From contig NC_087256.1 in assembly GCF_037042905.1 (NCBI RefSeq), positions 9,486,001 through 9,550,000 on the forward strand: 64,000 nt of DNA, in the 5' to 3' direction. This DNA is from Lytechinus pictus. Its lineage: Eukaryota. The position numbers and the translations under genes were made by a program. Below are positions 1 through 12,830 of this stretch, in pieces. Every line of letters begins with the position of its first letter. Within the stretch, counting starts at the first letter, position 1. The notes under the pieces are model-generated. The model ran no database searches and was not told where the DNA came from. It saw only the letters and a program-made list of their open reading frames with translations.

Positions 1-638
1 AGCACAGCTGATGTTGGTACAAATAGATGGAAAAAACTGTGAGGGTTATCTATTTAGTATTCACATAAATAACTAAAAGGTATGCACACAATAATGTGGC
101 AAAATAACAATTGCCTCCTGTATTGAATATTGTAATATCGTGTTAAGCTATTGTCGCCTTTACATAATACAGTACACGGGTAGAATATATCGTAATACTT
201 ACATTTTGTACCTGGAATAAGACTGAGTCAGAAAAACCGGGTCGTGGATTCCGCTGCCTTCAAGAATAGCCGAACACCTTCAACATGTTCAATAACCAGC
301 TGATAACCATACCGGCTTCGTCTCTTACCCCTATAAAGCGATTAGGCTAATACTTATCAATAATTTACACCAGCGGTCGAAGATCAATAAGATTAATGAG
401 CTAAACTTATCGGTATTTGCTGGACCTGTAACGTACTGTCCAATTATTATCATTATTAAAAAAAAAACTAAATTGTGCTATCGCAGTTGATGACCATGTT
501 AGTTGGCTTAATTTTGATTTGCATTTATATCATTAAGTCGAGTGAGGACGTGCTGCAAACGTTACGTTACCACGGTAACATTTTTTTTCTAAACTCCTTT
601 TTTTTACTAAATTTTATGGTCTCATCTTAACTTACATC

Positions 639-836
639 ATGTTACTTAAAGTGCATCCTGTTAGCCTATTTGGAGAGTCAACATTACAATCAGGCCTTGA
701 CAAATACTCACTCAGCTTTATTCTCCATGACTTGTGATGATAAGATAAAGCATTGTCGCATTGAAGAGAGTTAACATTCTTGTTCCTGACTATAATGATA
801 ATAAGAACAGAGCGACACTGCCAATTGGAGTCACTG
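639..836 (+). pseudogene. Decayed SH2-domain fragment resembling the C-terminal SH2 of phospholipase C-gamma
   Basis: Manual translation across frameshifts gives MLLKVHP..LFGES..KYSLSF / DDKIKHCRIEE / TA-x-LESL. These pieces are collinear with the SH2 betaB-betaC-betaD motifs and PLCgamma-type KIKHCR(V/I)...FESL. Stops and frameshifts are present. Confidence 0.4.
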
Positions 837-879
837 AATCTATATTCGGTTTTTTCATCTTAAAATTTAGATTTTTTAA

Positions 880-1500
880 ATTTTTTATTCCATGTTCACA
901 CTAAATCGTGATATTCATTCCTACGACACAAGAAATTCACTCAATTTTCATTTAGCAAATCCAATCACAACCACAGCATATAAATCTATTCGCCACACAG
1001 GTCCAGACATTTGGCATTCTTTGCCAATTGATGTTAGAAACTCCTCTTTATCATGTTTATTATCTTCGTTTAAACAACCGTTAAAAAGGCAACTCCTTAA
1101 AGCTTAATATGCTTACATAACTGTTCTTAACATACGTGCATGGTGGGTGGGTGGGTGGGTCGGGCTTTTAGTTATGAAGTATCATATAAATATGTAATAT
1201 ATCATTATCGTTGATAGAAGTTTTATCCATTTAGTATTCCATATAACTGTATATTATGTATTCTATTATTTACTGAGTCATATATTTTCCGGGTGACCCA
1301 ACCTTACAAGCATACTGCTTTCATGGGCATCCAATTTTCGTAATATGTATCTATAAAACGAAGTATTTTGCATTTATTTTAAAGTGTGATACGTAATTTG
1401 TATAATGTCTCATTTCTATACTTTGTAATGTTTGTATATTCTTGATTTTGCATGTTTTTTAATGCTTCATGCAGGGAACATCGGCCCAAATAAAAATATA
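880..1500 (+). mobile_element. 3' end of a CR1/L2-group LINE (RT C-terminal region plus 3' UTR)
   Basis: ORF 892-1107 reads HSYDTRN..FHL..SIRHTGPDIWHSLP..SFKQPLKRQLL, typical of the ORF2 C-terminus of CR1/L2/Crack LINEs. It is followed by an AT-rich UTR with a small hairpin and an A-rich tail. Confidence 0.75.
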
Positions 1501-2589
1501 AATGCAGAATGACAATCCTGTACATTCAAATATAAATGAATCGCAAGTTGTACTTGAAGTGCATAATATGAAATAGAAGACAATGAAATAATCTTGGAGC
1601 ATGCATCCTTGTCATTTCATTTTTTTTTATTGACGATGTTTGAAAATACATTGAACTGGGACCAATGTCAAATAAGTAGAGTCTTTATACGTTGATATGT
1701 CTAAAGTTATTATCTGGAGTGAAAGTGGATGGAAACGGTTTTTATGTGAATTAATGTATCTCATTGTCAATGTCAATATGTTTGGTTTGTATCATTATCT
1801 GGAATAAAGATGAGTAGAAATAACGTTAATCATGTTTTTTTATCATTTTTCTCTTAGTAAATAGGTGGATATCTAGCCTACCTATCTATTTCCCTCCTTC
1901 TTCCTTCGTCTTTATATTCACCCTCACAAACACGTGAACACACACACCCACTCACTCAATTAGTCACTTTTTCTCTCCGAATTTTGTCTCCATATTTTGC
2001 GATATAGACATACCAAAATTGACATTTATCAGGGAGGCACGAACAATCTCTATTAACGGTTATATCATACTGTATATTTATTGATAAAATCCCCTTCACA
2101 TTTTGCATATGATTATTAATTTCCGAAATGTTGAAAATAATTTCAGGTTTTACAAAACGATTACTGATGCGACCTTCTTGAATGCTTTTCTGATATGTTC
2201 TTCCTTACCGTCCCTTCCCGGGAATTTTCAGCAATTTTCTTATGTCTTGTATGCTGCGATATCTGCACAGGTCTTCTGGTGACTTTTTGAGTTTGTGAGA
2301 TCATGTCGTGTGATAAAAAAATGTAATTTCTAAAAAAATATATACATGTATATAGTGTTTTCATTAGTGTAGTAGGTATATCTTCCTACACATCATTTCA
2401 TCCCAGCTTCTATAAGTGTTGGTATTCATAAAGTTCCATTAAAAACTGTTTCAATGAATATGAGGGAGCTGCTTGCATATGACGTCAGAAATTAAAAGAA
2501 ATAAATAAAAACTCTCTCACTCTTTGATGGATTTTAATTAAACCTTCGCAAATGTTATTTCCCCTATTTTTCTGCTCTTATTGAATACT

Positions 2590-5500
2590 TTAGTATTCAC
2601 TAGGAACGTAGAGAAGGAGATTTTCCGAATCGTGTAGATTCGTGACTTTATCTCTGCTAGCTGATCCAAGGATGACGTCACGAAGGTTATCTGGGGTCAG
2701 GTTTGGGTTCAAACCAAGATGGATGGCAGCAACACCTGACAAAAGAAAAAAAATATATCCATGTTCAAACTTTAAGAGTTAGGATGATTGAACCTTGACA
2801 TTGGTTTTTGTCATTTTCCTCGGCATCTTACGTTTAACATGCATGGAACCCTCATCAATTCGAACGCTAAACTTGTCCACAGAGAAAAGCGAATAAGATG
2901 AATTTCACCAAGTAATGCGATACAAACTGATATTTCTAGGGCGACTTTTAATTTGATTATAAAATCTTACAATGGAAATCATACCTGATTTTCTTTTAGA
3001 TGAAATAGATCAGTGTAATGGTTATAGTATATTTGTGTTAAGCATCCGAGATGCCTTCGTGACATTTTTTGTCGGGGGGGGGGGGGAGGGGGGGGGCGAA
3101 ACGGCCCTCTCCCATTTGCAACTGTACAACAATTGAGAGAGAGAGAAAGAAGAAAGACAGTTGGCTATAACCACAAGCACGTGAAGCTGGGAGTCTCCTC
3201 CAAACTCCCAGTTACAAGGTTGTCATTATGTGAATGGAGATGAATACGAACCAGCTACATGAGGACATGCCATACTGGTTCCACTCATCAAACGATATCC
3301 GTCATCAGATCGATAGTCTGCACTCAAAATGCGATACCCGGGGGCAAAGATATCCACGCATGCGCCCCAGTTTGAAAAGTAGACCCTGGCATCGTCATCC
3401 TGGATAGCACCAACAGTTATGGCCTAGGGAAGAACCAGAAAAATCAGACAATGAAATATTAGAAAATTCATTATCGTACAATTCTTGTGCTTAGTGAGGG
3501 TGCATGCTTGCGCGTGAGTTTGGGTGTGTGCGCGGATCGTCAACGTACACTCTTTTCACACATGTAAGTTATGACTGTAATACAGTACTTCACAATCCGA
3601 TAACTCCTTGCAGAGCTCCATGATCATATCTTGAGAAAAAATGTATGTATATAGGGAGTAAAAAAGGGTGTCAAATCATGACTTTGCAACTAAATCTTTC
3701 ACCAAAGTTTATTTTCAGGATGCGCCTTTAGCTTATGATCTGGTTACCTGAAGATTTCACTTAGCAAGCAAATAAAAAGGAGAACAACATAAGTACCTCT
3801 GGGGCCCTCGCAGGAGAAAATGCGCATGAATCCATATCCTCGTTCATAGCTGCTACCACTGCTGTGACGCCCTGTCTGTGAAGGTTTCTTAACGACTCGT
3901 CCACCGATCTGGATCCTATACCACCAAGTGACATACTCACTATGGCAGGACGTATACCATTGCTAGCGACCCAATCCATACCTAAGCATCGGAGGAGAAA
4001 GGAATGGGTTAGTGAAAGATCTTACAAAAAAGCTTGAATGTAATGATCTGACGAAGTTTCGTATACCGGAAGTGGAATCACTTTAAACACGGTAAACAAT
4101 TATTCAGCTTCAGGGTTCTTGCTAAATACTAATCTGATTGGGACTGAATAAATATGAGTTTTATATACAGACCAATTCTGCCAAAAGAACGAGATTTTTT
4201 CAGTCAATAGAGCGAAAAATAATGAGAATCGTCGACCAAAATAAAACAAAAACATGTAAAATAACAACGATATGTCTTTTATACAAAGTGGCTGGTCTTC
4301 GGAAGGATAAATAAATCAATTTGCATTCCTAATTATGATAATGAATTGAATAACATTGTTTTCAAGGGGGATGATGGTAAGGTGTTATGTTTTAAAGTTC
4401 TAGTACAATTTTAAACATGATAAAAAAATATAAACATGATCATTGCTTGTAAATGTGACTGACTAAAGATGGCAGAGACGAAACATAAGTACTCTCTAAT
4501 TAAGACATTGTTTTGACCTTTCATCTTGAATTCCACCTATAACATAAAAAAGGGAGTCGAGGAGTGATTCTTAATGACTGACCATCGATTATAGCAGACC
4601 AGGAACCCCAATTATAGCAACCTAGGACTCGTACAGCATACACTTTAGCAGCTTTGGCAACTCCGTATCTTCTACCAGCTATTGTACCAGCACAGTGTGT
4701 CCCATGCCCTTGGCAGTCACCATCATTACCCTGCCAAAACAAAATAAGGAGTTATCATCATTTTCTGTATTTATGAGATAAACACCTCTAACATAAAATA
4801 GGTGAAGAAAAACGAAACACAAATTATTACCGTCTCAGTGATTTGCATTCAGCATGAGTGAAACCAAAAAAAAGGTATTGACATTGAGCATCTTTTTCGT
4901 TCCAGTATGTTGGTATTTTGCTATTGTATGACATCATTTTAGTGGGACTGTTCCATTTAGCTAGCTTGTAGTCCCTTGGATCCAGTTGTAAAGATGTCAC
5001 CTGTCTCATCATTACGATTGACCATGCGAGATATCTACACACTCTAAGAATGAAAATTGGGCATGTTGGGTCTGTAACCATTCTGGTTAAAAAAAATGAC
5101 ACGGATTATTACGGCGAGGGAGTGGCACCAACAGACACGAGGCTATGACCAGCTGATAAGATATGCGATTTGCTCCAAATAAAGTCGCAAACGGCTTGCG
5201 CTGGTGCCATTTAGTGAGGCATTTAACATCATTACCAGGTCAGTAGGAAATAACTTTAGGTCTTCGTCCTTATTACTTTAGCAATCAAGTAATAAAAAAC
5301 CTATGACTTAAAAAAGGGAAGATCACTTACGATAGCATAGTTCATTGCATCATAGACGAACTCAGCTCTGCCCTCAAAGTCCTCATGGGTAGTTCTGATT
5401 CCAGTATCAAGGACGTATACATTCACACCGCTGCCATTACCTGAAAAAGATGATTCAATAATTCTAAAGCTATGGCAAATATTTACTTTTATCTGAGGTG

Positions 5501-7670
5501 TCAAAATATTATACTATGGTCAATCAGCACGACCAGCGTGAACCAAGACCCATGAGGCTCCATTCATTTACATTTTGCCCATGTATAGAATTGAGTGTCA
5601 ATAATTGTCTCCCTGCATAGATCATGCAGATGTACATCCATAGATGCCACAGACGAATATTAGTGGTATGGCGGCCTCCACAATTATTATCAAAGTATAA
5701 CTTACGCCTAAATTTAAGTTAATTTGTGAAAATAGTGCAGTGGGGGTGTACTTTGTCATATCAATTACACATGCCAGACGCATTTGTACAAGGTATTCAA
5801 AATTGGTTTAACAAGTGGTGGATTGTAAATGGTGTGGCGACTTTCGTTGGTGAAAACCGTTCAGAAAAGTTGAAAGAAAGAAATAATATGTTTTGCATTA
5901 AAAAACAGTGTTATTATTTTGTGTTAAATATTTCTTGAAGGATGGAAATAAAGCAATTAATCGCACCGATAGGCGTGAAACTGTCATCTAAAGGAATGTC
6001 TCTTTGATTAATCCTATCAAGACCCCATGTCTCCGAGCCATAGGCGACGCCATCTTCCTCTACGTACTTCACTGATGGATGGCCCCGAACCTGAATAAAA
6101 AGGGAAGAAGATGNNNNNNNNNNNNNNNNNNNNNNNNNNNNNNNNNNNNNNNNNNNNNNNNNNNNNNNNNNNNNNNNNNNNNNNNNNNNNNNNNNNNNNN
6201 NNNNNNNNNNNNNNNNNNNNNNNNNNNNNNNNNNNNNNNNNNNNNNNNNNNNNNNAGAAGAAGGAGGAGGGGGAGGAGAAGAAGAAGGAGGAGGTGGTGG
6301 AGGAGTAGTAGAAGAAGAAGTAGGAGGAGGAGGAGAAGGAAGAGGAGTGTCATGTTGGGAAATGGAACAAAAATGTTTTAACTAATGTATCAATTTCCTT
6401 GTACCAAACACGTAATAAAACATGTATTTTTGTAACATAGAGCTTAACAGAGAGGGGGAGATGTAGAAGAGGGAGGGAGAGAGGTAGTGAGGGAGAGGGA
6501 GAGAGTCTGAGAGAGAGAAGAAGAAGGGGGGGGGGGTGAGAGATAGAGAGAGTGGTGTAAATTTCCATATAAGTCTCATGGATGAAAAAATGATGAATGG
6601 AAGCTGAAGATACTTCGGCGGTTCCGATTTAACCACAGAGTGAACTGAATGATTAGGGTAATCTAATGTGTTACAATTTATTCGACTCGTTGAGTGATTC
6701 TTTTGTCTTTCACTATGGATTCACTATCTAATTACTTCGACAGAATGAGAGTAAAAAAGGGTAACTTACCACAGCTAATGCTTCTTTAGAAAGTGAGATG
6801 GCAAATCCGTTCAGAACCCTGTTGTATTCTTTAAATGGATTGTTCGCGGTAATAACTTTCTGGTTGAATTCTTCGCGAAGGGATTGAAGAACGGCTGGCA
6901 GTGGCGCGTATTTCTGTTAAAGATAAAAAAGAATAATATAATCTCCGAGGATCTTACACACTAATTTTGCTGGAATAAAACTTGTAAATAAAGTTATGAA
7001 GCAGAATTGCATGGATTAGAAGCCTGCTTAAAATGTGTTAGGTTCAATAATGTGAATTATACTCGTGTGTTATGTAATTTTCCAAGTTTATAAGAGTGTT
7101 GTGGCAAAGGTAACAATATGTATTTCCATCTGTTGATTCTTTGTCAGAATTTTAACTTGACTTTTTTTCTCCATTTTTTATTTCCATTACCCTCTCTCAG
7201 TAATGGGTTTATTTTGCCTCAAAAAATGCCCTCTAGTATTTTAACATAAATTATCAGGCTATGAAGCAAAATTTGCATAGTCAAATTGCCAGCCATTCCA
7301 TGATTTCGAGTGGTTTGGGTGTTTTTACCAAAAATTCAATGAAATACGATACTATTTCAAATAATCTGATTTACGTTACTTTTATGAAATGCACATTTAT
7401 AATAATGAACTGCATTGATGACACCCATTTTGGGGGATTTCCCAAAACTTAAAAGAGACTTTAAGGCGAAGCTCATAGTACATGTACTGTATATTCATAA
7501 TCATGACCACTGTATGTTCCACGTTCATTTACCTGTAGGACCACGATATATTGCTCTTTGATGGCTTCTTGTGTTTTGAGTAAAGGAGCTTGACGAGCCG
7601 CCACAACCGCACCAAACAGCAAGATGAAGAATGAAAGATTTGAGATGATACTCCGTTTCGATGACGTCAT
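2590..7670 (-). CDS. Secreted subtilisin-like serine protease, proteinase K/aqualysin subfamily (S8A), with I9 prodomain; 8 exons, 388 aa
   Basis: Exons 7670-7533, 6913-6770, 6090-5967, 5440-5331, 4730-4583, 3981-3797, 3423-3252 and 2735-2590 are all GT-AG and phase-consistent (1167 nt). Features: signal peptide; I9 prodomain ([23 protein letters not shown]); mature start [10 protein letters not shown]; catalytic D (VYVLDTG), H (GHGTHCAG) and S ([12 protein letters not shown]); ends [10 protein letters not shown]. There is no C-terminal extra domain. Confidence 0.95.
6114..6350. repeat. Assembly gap followed by a (GAA/GAG)n purine microsatellite in protease intron 2
   Basis: N run at 6114-6255, then an AGA/GGA triplet low-complexity tract. 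Confidence 0.9.
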
Positions 7671-8292
7671 AATGAATGTTGGGCTATTCCCTTCTCCCTT
7701 TCCAACTTATTGTCGTTTCAGAGATTTAAGACTTTTTTACGACGCGCGGATTGCGAGATAGCAACAGGTCCAAATGTTTTACCTATAAGTACATGAAACT
7801 GTTGTTAACCTCTGTTTACTTGGAACCATGACGGGTTGTTAGTTTTAAAATCCTATTTAACGCAAACATACTGTTCCATAGGCGGATCCAGGGGGCCGCT
7901 TCCGCACCAAAATTGGAATAAAGCCCCCTATCTCCTATACTATACATATTTCTTTTTTTTTTTGATCTATTATCACTCAATGCGCAAGTAATGAAATACA
8001 ATTACAAGTGTCATTTCTATCAACGTTGGAAAGGTTCATATGCAGATAAAAACACATTTCAAGGTCCAAATCAAAGTTCAGTCATTGTTTATAAAACAGA
8101 ACTCGACATGCAATATAGATGGGAAAATACATAGACTTTTTTTGTATTGAAATACAAAAGTAATCGGCGGCTAGTTTACCAGTTACTTTAATTGCTTTTA
8201 TACTAGGATCATGACTGGAAAATAAAATTTGTTATTGGAAGATATCTAAGCAACTTTTTAATGGAATTTTAAGGGAAAATAATAATTGTTGA

Positions 8293-8390
8293 TTAAAGGA
8301 CAAGTCCACCCCAACAAAAAGTTGATTTGAAAAAAAGAAGAAAATCAAACAAGCATAACACTGATAATTTCATCAAAATCTGATGTAAAA
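8293..8390 (+). mobile_element. Truncated left end of a Kolobok-like MITE (same family as 30416-31016)
   Basis: TTAA-AGGACAAGTCCACCCCAACAAAAAGTTGATTTGA matches the start of the 30416 copy and breaks off at the foldback element. Confidence 0.75.
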
Positions 8391-11220
8391 TATTCATTTT
8401 TTTCAGTTTCTTCAATTTCTTCATTTTCAACATTTGGTTCCCATTTTTGTTCATTTTCATCACCATTCTGTCATAATATTATCATCCCGTCATACCAATA
8501 TATCAACATCGGCTCACTTTCACCATTTCGTCATACCACCATTCGCCATATAGCCATTTCACCAATCCGTCATACTGTCATACGGTCATTTGCCATACAG
8601 CCATTTCACCATTTCATCATTCCATCATTCATACCGATATACCGCCATTCATATCGTCATTGACAGCCATTTCACCATTCCGTCATACGGTCATTTCGTC
8701 ATACAGCCATTCACTTTCCGTCAACGGCGTCATTTTGTCATCTCCCCCATTCCGTCATTCTTTCCATCATTCTATCATACAGGCATTTCACCATTCCGTC
8801 ATATCGTCATTTCGTCATAAAGCCATTTCACAATCCGTCATACCATCATTCATACCGTTATACCGCCATTCATACCGTCATTACGTTATACTGCCATTTC
8901 ACTATTCAGTCAATACCGCCATTCATACCGTCATTACGTCATACTGACATTTCACCATTCCGTCATACCGTAATTCATTCCATCATACCGCCCTTTCATC
9001 ATTGCGCCAACCGTTTTTTATACCGTCACTTCACCATTTCGTCATACCGTCATTCGTCACACAGGCCCTCATACAAATACATAATATCTCGTCATATCAA
9101 CATATAAAAACTCGTTATGCCGACAAATGAAAAAAAAATCGTCAAAGCGTTATTTCAACATTTCGTCCACATATTTCTTTTTTAGTCACAGGGGTCTGCG
9201 AAATTTCATGTTACATGGTCTTTTGCAAATATGATATACTCGGGTATAATACAAAAAATACGAACATGATGAATACATTATGATGTTGATGTATCAAATG
9301 TGTTATTATTCCAACCTATTACATTCCTTATTGGAAATATACGATGTATAGGATGTGGACATTTCTTTATTTGGAGTATCTGTACTATACAGATACAAAC
9401 GTAATCGTCGGAGATAATATAAACAGTTACTTGATAATTAGAAGCATAATTAACATAAAGTATATTTATCACATGGTATGTGATTTATAAATAGATCCTC
9501 TACAGAAGAGTATTTATTGATTATATCCATTTTCTTGTCTCAGTTATCGCTTGCTTCAGTCAATTCCATATTTTCTTCACCATCATCATTCTCTTCAGCT
9601 TCATACTGTAACAGTCCGTCAAATTTTGTTCCATGTCTGGCTAAGACTCTTTTAAGTGCTTTCCTCACATTCATACCATTTTCTACTTTTTCGTTGACAT
9701 CGGATATGATTTCCTGATTGGTGTCGTGTTCTTCAAGAAAAAAGTTTTGTCGTAAGAAGTTGGAGTAGCGTTCGAAAAAGATGCATTTGATAGCCCACAG
9801 TGCTTTCACATGAGCCTTTTCTTTAGCTTCGTCATCACGCATGCCCTTGGATATATATTTATCGTACTTTTCATCCCTCAATTGCTCTGTGGCTGACATC
9901 GCCTCTTCGTACCATTTTGATAAGCCAGGTTATCCGCTGGTTCGTCTTTGTCGTGGATCTCTGTATTTGTAGATTCATCTTCTCTTTCCTGTGTATCAGA
10001 ACCACTCGTGTCAGTGTTTTCATCGTCGTTTTCTCAAAAAGTGCTGGAATCTTCACTGTAATCACTTTCAGTCACATCACCATCATCTTCTATTTCAGGG
10101 TGTGCATCTCTTTGATGCCTGTTCAAGTCGTAGTTTCGACTATACGACCTATCACACAGTTAACACCCGTAACGCTTTACTGTATCGCGAGTGTTCATGT
10201 TGACGCAATGGATTCAAACTTGCAAATGATGAGCTGAAAATGGAAGTTTTGTCTTTTATTTCGTTCCAACGGGCAAATGTCATATCGAAATACGCATATT
10301 GAGGTCGCATTATTTCTATTACAGCAACGATGACGCCGTTGACGGAACGGTATGTCGAAATGACGGTATGACTTTATGACGGGATGGCGAAATGTTGGTA
10401 TGACGGAATGACGGTATGAAAGATGGTTTGCGTAATGATGAAAGGGCGGTATAATGGAATGAATAACGGTATGACGGAATGGGGAAGTGACGAAATGAGG
10501 TTGTTGACGGATGGTGAAATGGCTGTGTGGCGAATGACGGTATGACGAAATGGTGAAAGTGAGCTGATGTTGATATATTGGTATGACGGGATGATTATAT
10601 GACAGAATGGTGATGAAAAAAAAAGGGGGGGGGGTATGTTGAAAATGAAGAAAATGAAGAAATTGAAGAAAATGAAGAAGCTAAGAAAAAAAAGAAATTG
10701 GGGAAATGAAATAACGGTATGAATGACGGAATAATGGAATTGTAAAATGTTGAAAATGAACAAACTGTAGAAAATAAACAAACTTGGGAAAATGAACAAA
10801 CTGACCAAAGGAAAGGAACAAATTTTCAATAATTAAGAAAGAGATGAAATCGAAGTAATGAAAGATAAAGACGAAATGGAAGTAAATAAACAAACTGAAG
10901 AAAATGTAGAAATGGAAGAAAATGGACAAACTGCAATGTACAAAGAGTAGAAAATAGACAAACTGGAGGAAATGAACAAACTGGAAAAAACATGAAGAAA
11001 TTGAAAAAAATAAATGAACAATTTGAAGAAAATTGAGAAAATGAACAAATAAAAGAAAATGAAGAAACTAGAGGAAATGACCAAACTGAAGAAAATTAAG
11101 AAATGGGAGAAAATGTAGAAATGAAAGAACTGAAGGAAGTGGAGAAATTAAAGGAAATGAAGAAATGTAAGAAAATTGACAAACTGAACAAATTAAGCAA
11201 ACTGAATAAAATGAGGAAAT
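8391..11220. mobile_element. Foldback-like element with long modular inverted arms of CCGTCATAC/CCATT-type repeats and an internal decayed gene
   Basis: 8400-8570 is the reverse complement of about 10505-10680. Both arms consist of degenerate GTCATAC/GTATGAC units. The right arm continues into GAAAAT/GAACAAACT purine-rich repeats. The outer boundaries are approximate. Confidence 0.75.
9540..10198 (-). pseudogene. Intronless C2H2 zinc finger plus acidic linker plus helical domain pseudogene inside the foldback element
   Basis: From ATG 10198 the frame reads MNTRDTVKRYGC*LCDRSYSRNYDLNRHQRDAHPE, then an acidic tract with one TGA (10034-10036), then a frameshift near 9915. It joins WYEEA-MSATEQLRDEKY...KFDGLLQYEAEENDD (ORF 9540-9899). 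Confidence 0.8.
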
Positions 11221-11425
11221 GATGCGGCGAAGGTAAAACAAAAAAAATCAACGATCAATGTTTCTCGGGAGAAAGACAAAATAAAACATAGCCGTCAAAG
11301 AGCTTAGATTAGAAACATAAATAAATTCATCGCTTAGTTAATGAATTTACTAACATCTGACTGCATTGTCCTCTGAATAACATTCTCTTCATATTTTTCT
11401 TCTTTGACACTATTGTGTTACGCTG

Positions 11426-12000
11426 TTAAAGGAAACTAACATTTAAGAAGATTATCCATTTTATCAGAAAGAATAAAATGAGAGAAGCAATATAAAACTT
11501 GTTCCATCAAAATCGGTAAAAGATTGAGCGAGTTGTGGAAATTTAGGGGTCTCGTTGTACTTTCTATGGAGATCCTCAAATTGGCATACGTGCTTCAAAA
11601 TTGCTGATTTTGTGGACAACTCCCCATTTGCTTTGTACACAAATTTTCAGATTTTCCCCTTCATTTTACATATTGTATATTATCTCCTAAACTTGACATT
11701 ATGTGGTGTGAATTATATTTTCCCATGACATAGTTCATATGCTCAGAAAGATGCAAGATGCAATTTCAAACATAACTGATAATGGGGAAAGTGTGGATTT
11801 TTTTGTACAAAACAAATGGAGAGCTGTCCACAAAATCTACGATTCTGAAGCAGTGGCTAATAGAAATGCAACAAGACTTTTTAAACGTCTATAACTTGCT
11901 TATTTATAAACCGATTTGGATGAAACTTGTTATATATTGCTCCTCTCATTTTACTCTTTCAAATAATATTGCTTCTCTTCTTGGGATTTGGTTTCCTAAA
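11426..12000. mobile_element. Kolobok-like MITE (TTAA-AGG termini)
   Basis: Starts TTAAAGGAAACTAA and ends TTGGTTTCCTAAA. It has internal inverted segments (GTGGACAACTCCCCATTTG versus CAAATGGAGAGCTGTCCAC). Confidence 0.7.
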
Positions 12001-12319
12001 GAAGCTGTTTGTGATTAGACATTGATATTGTCAGAACTGTATGTGCAGTTCTGGTTTACCTTTACTAATCTTATTGCCTGTATTTTATTTGTTTAGATGT
12101 ACGTTTATTTAAGACGGATGCGATATTCCATTTTTTCCAAGTTTCCCGCAAGTATTCGAAAGGTAACATGGCATAGCGAGCAGAGATCTGTTATCTCTCC
12201 AAAATTGAGCTCTGAGTTCATTATGTGTGTGCGGGAGTTTGCGGGTCGAATTATAGCACATTGTATGTCAGTAGGTCACAAAATTCGTCTGCTTCTCACT
12301 TTTGCTGGTCCAAATCTGA

Positions 12320-12830
12320 AGAAGTTGATTGTAAGGAATATCATTATACAGGGCACCAGCGAAGAAAAAACCCAGGAAAACAGATCTTTTGTGAGCAGAT
12401 ACGCCTTGGTAGTCGCTATTGCCAAAACACCTGTATGCTCTCATTAAGAATGTTCATCTCTAATAGGTCCTGAATGGTCCGACCAAAATGTATTTATTGT
12501 TTGATTGATTGGTAACCATTGAACGCATGTGCAGAACAACATGGTCTGTAAAAATAGTAAACATTTTCACGCATTTTGTTCATTCCAGCGTCCATTATTT
12601 GTATTAGTCTTTTGAACTTGCAATTGACAGAGCGCACCAATACATAACAGGCAAGTACACTGCCTTGATTACCGACATTGAGAATAATGGCCACCGAGTA
12701 GATTTCCTACAGCCATTGAACATGTTGAAATTGGTTAAAGGTGTTTTCTTTCCAAAGAAAACACCCAAGGAATCAAGTCTTTCTTTCCTTTCTTGAGGCT
12801 AGACGTACAAAATATTCTTCGATTAGAGAT
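12320..12830 (+). mobile_element. Decayed restriction-like endonuclease domain of an RLE non-LTR retrotransposon (NeSL/HERO-like)
   Basis: Manual translation of about 12610-12760 gives FELAIDRAHQYITGKYTALITDIENNGHRVDFL..AIE..IG*RCFLSKEN, resembling the PFE..AH..K..KY..L......G....AIEVG.RG RLE signature. Confidence 0.5.

Noticed and set aside
6069-6636. Poly-Leu, poly-Arg and Ser/Leu ORFs
   Set aside because: They are translations of an N-gap and purine microsatellites in protease intron 2.
2590-7670. Naming the protease PCSK9, or treating it as bacterial contamination
   Set aside because: It has no C-terminal Cys/His-rich domain, so PCSK9 orthology is unsupported. Seven canonical spliceosomal introns rule out contamination.
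8590-11084. His/Ile/Ser- and Phe-rich ORFs (8590-8947, 10374-11084)
   Set aside because: They are translations of the low-complexity arms of the foldback element.
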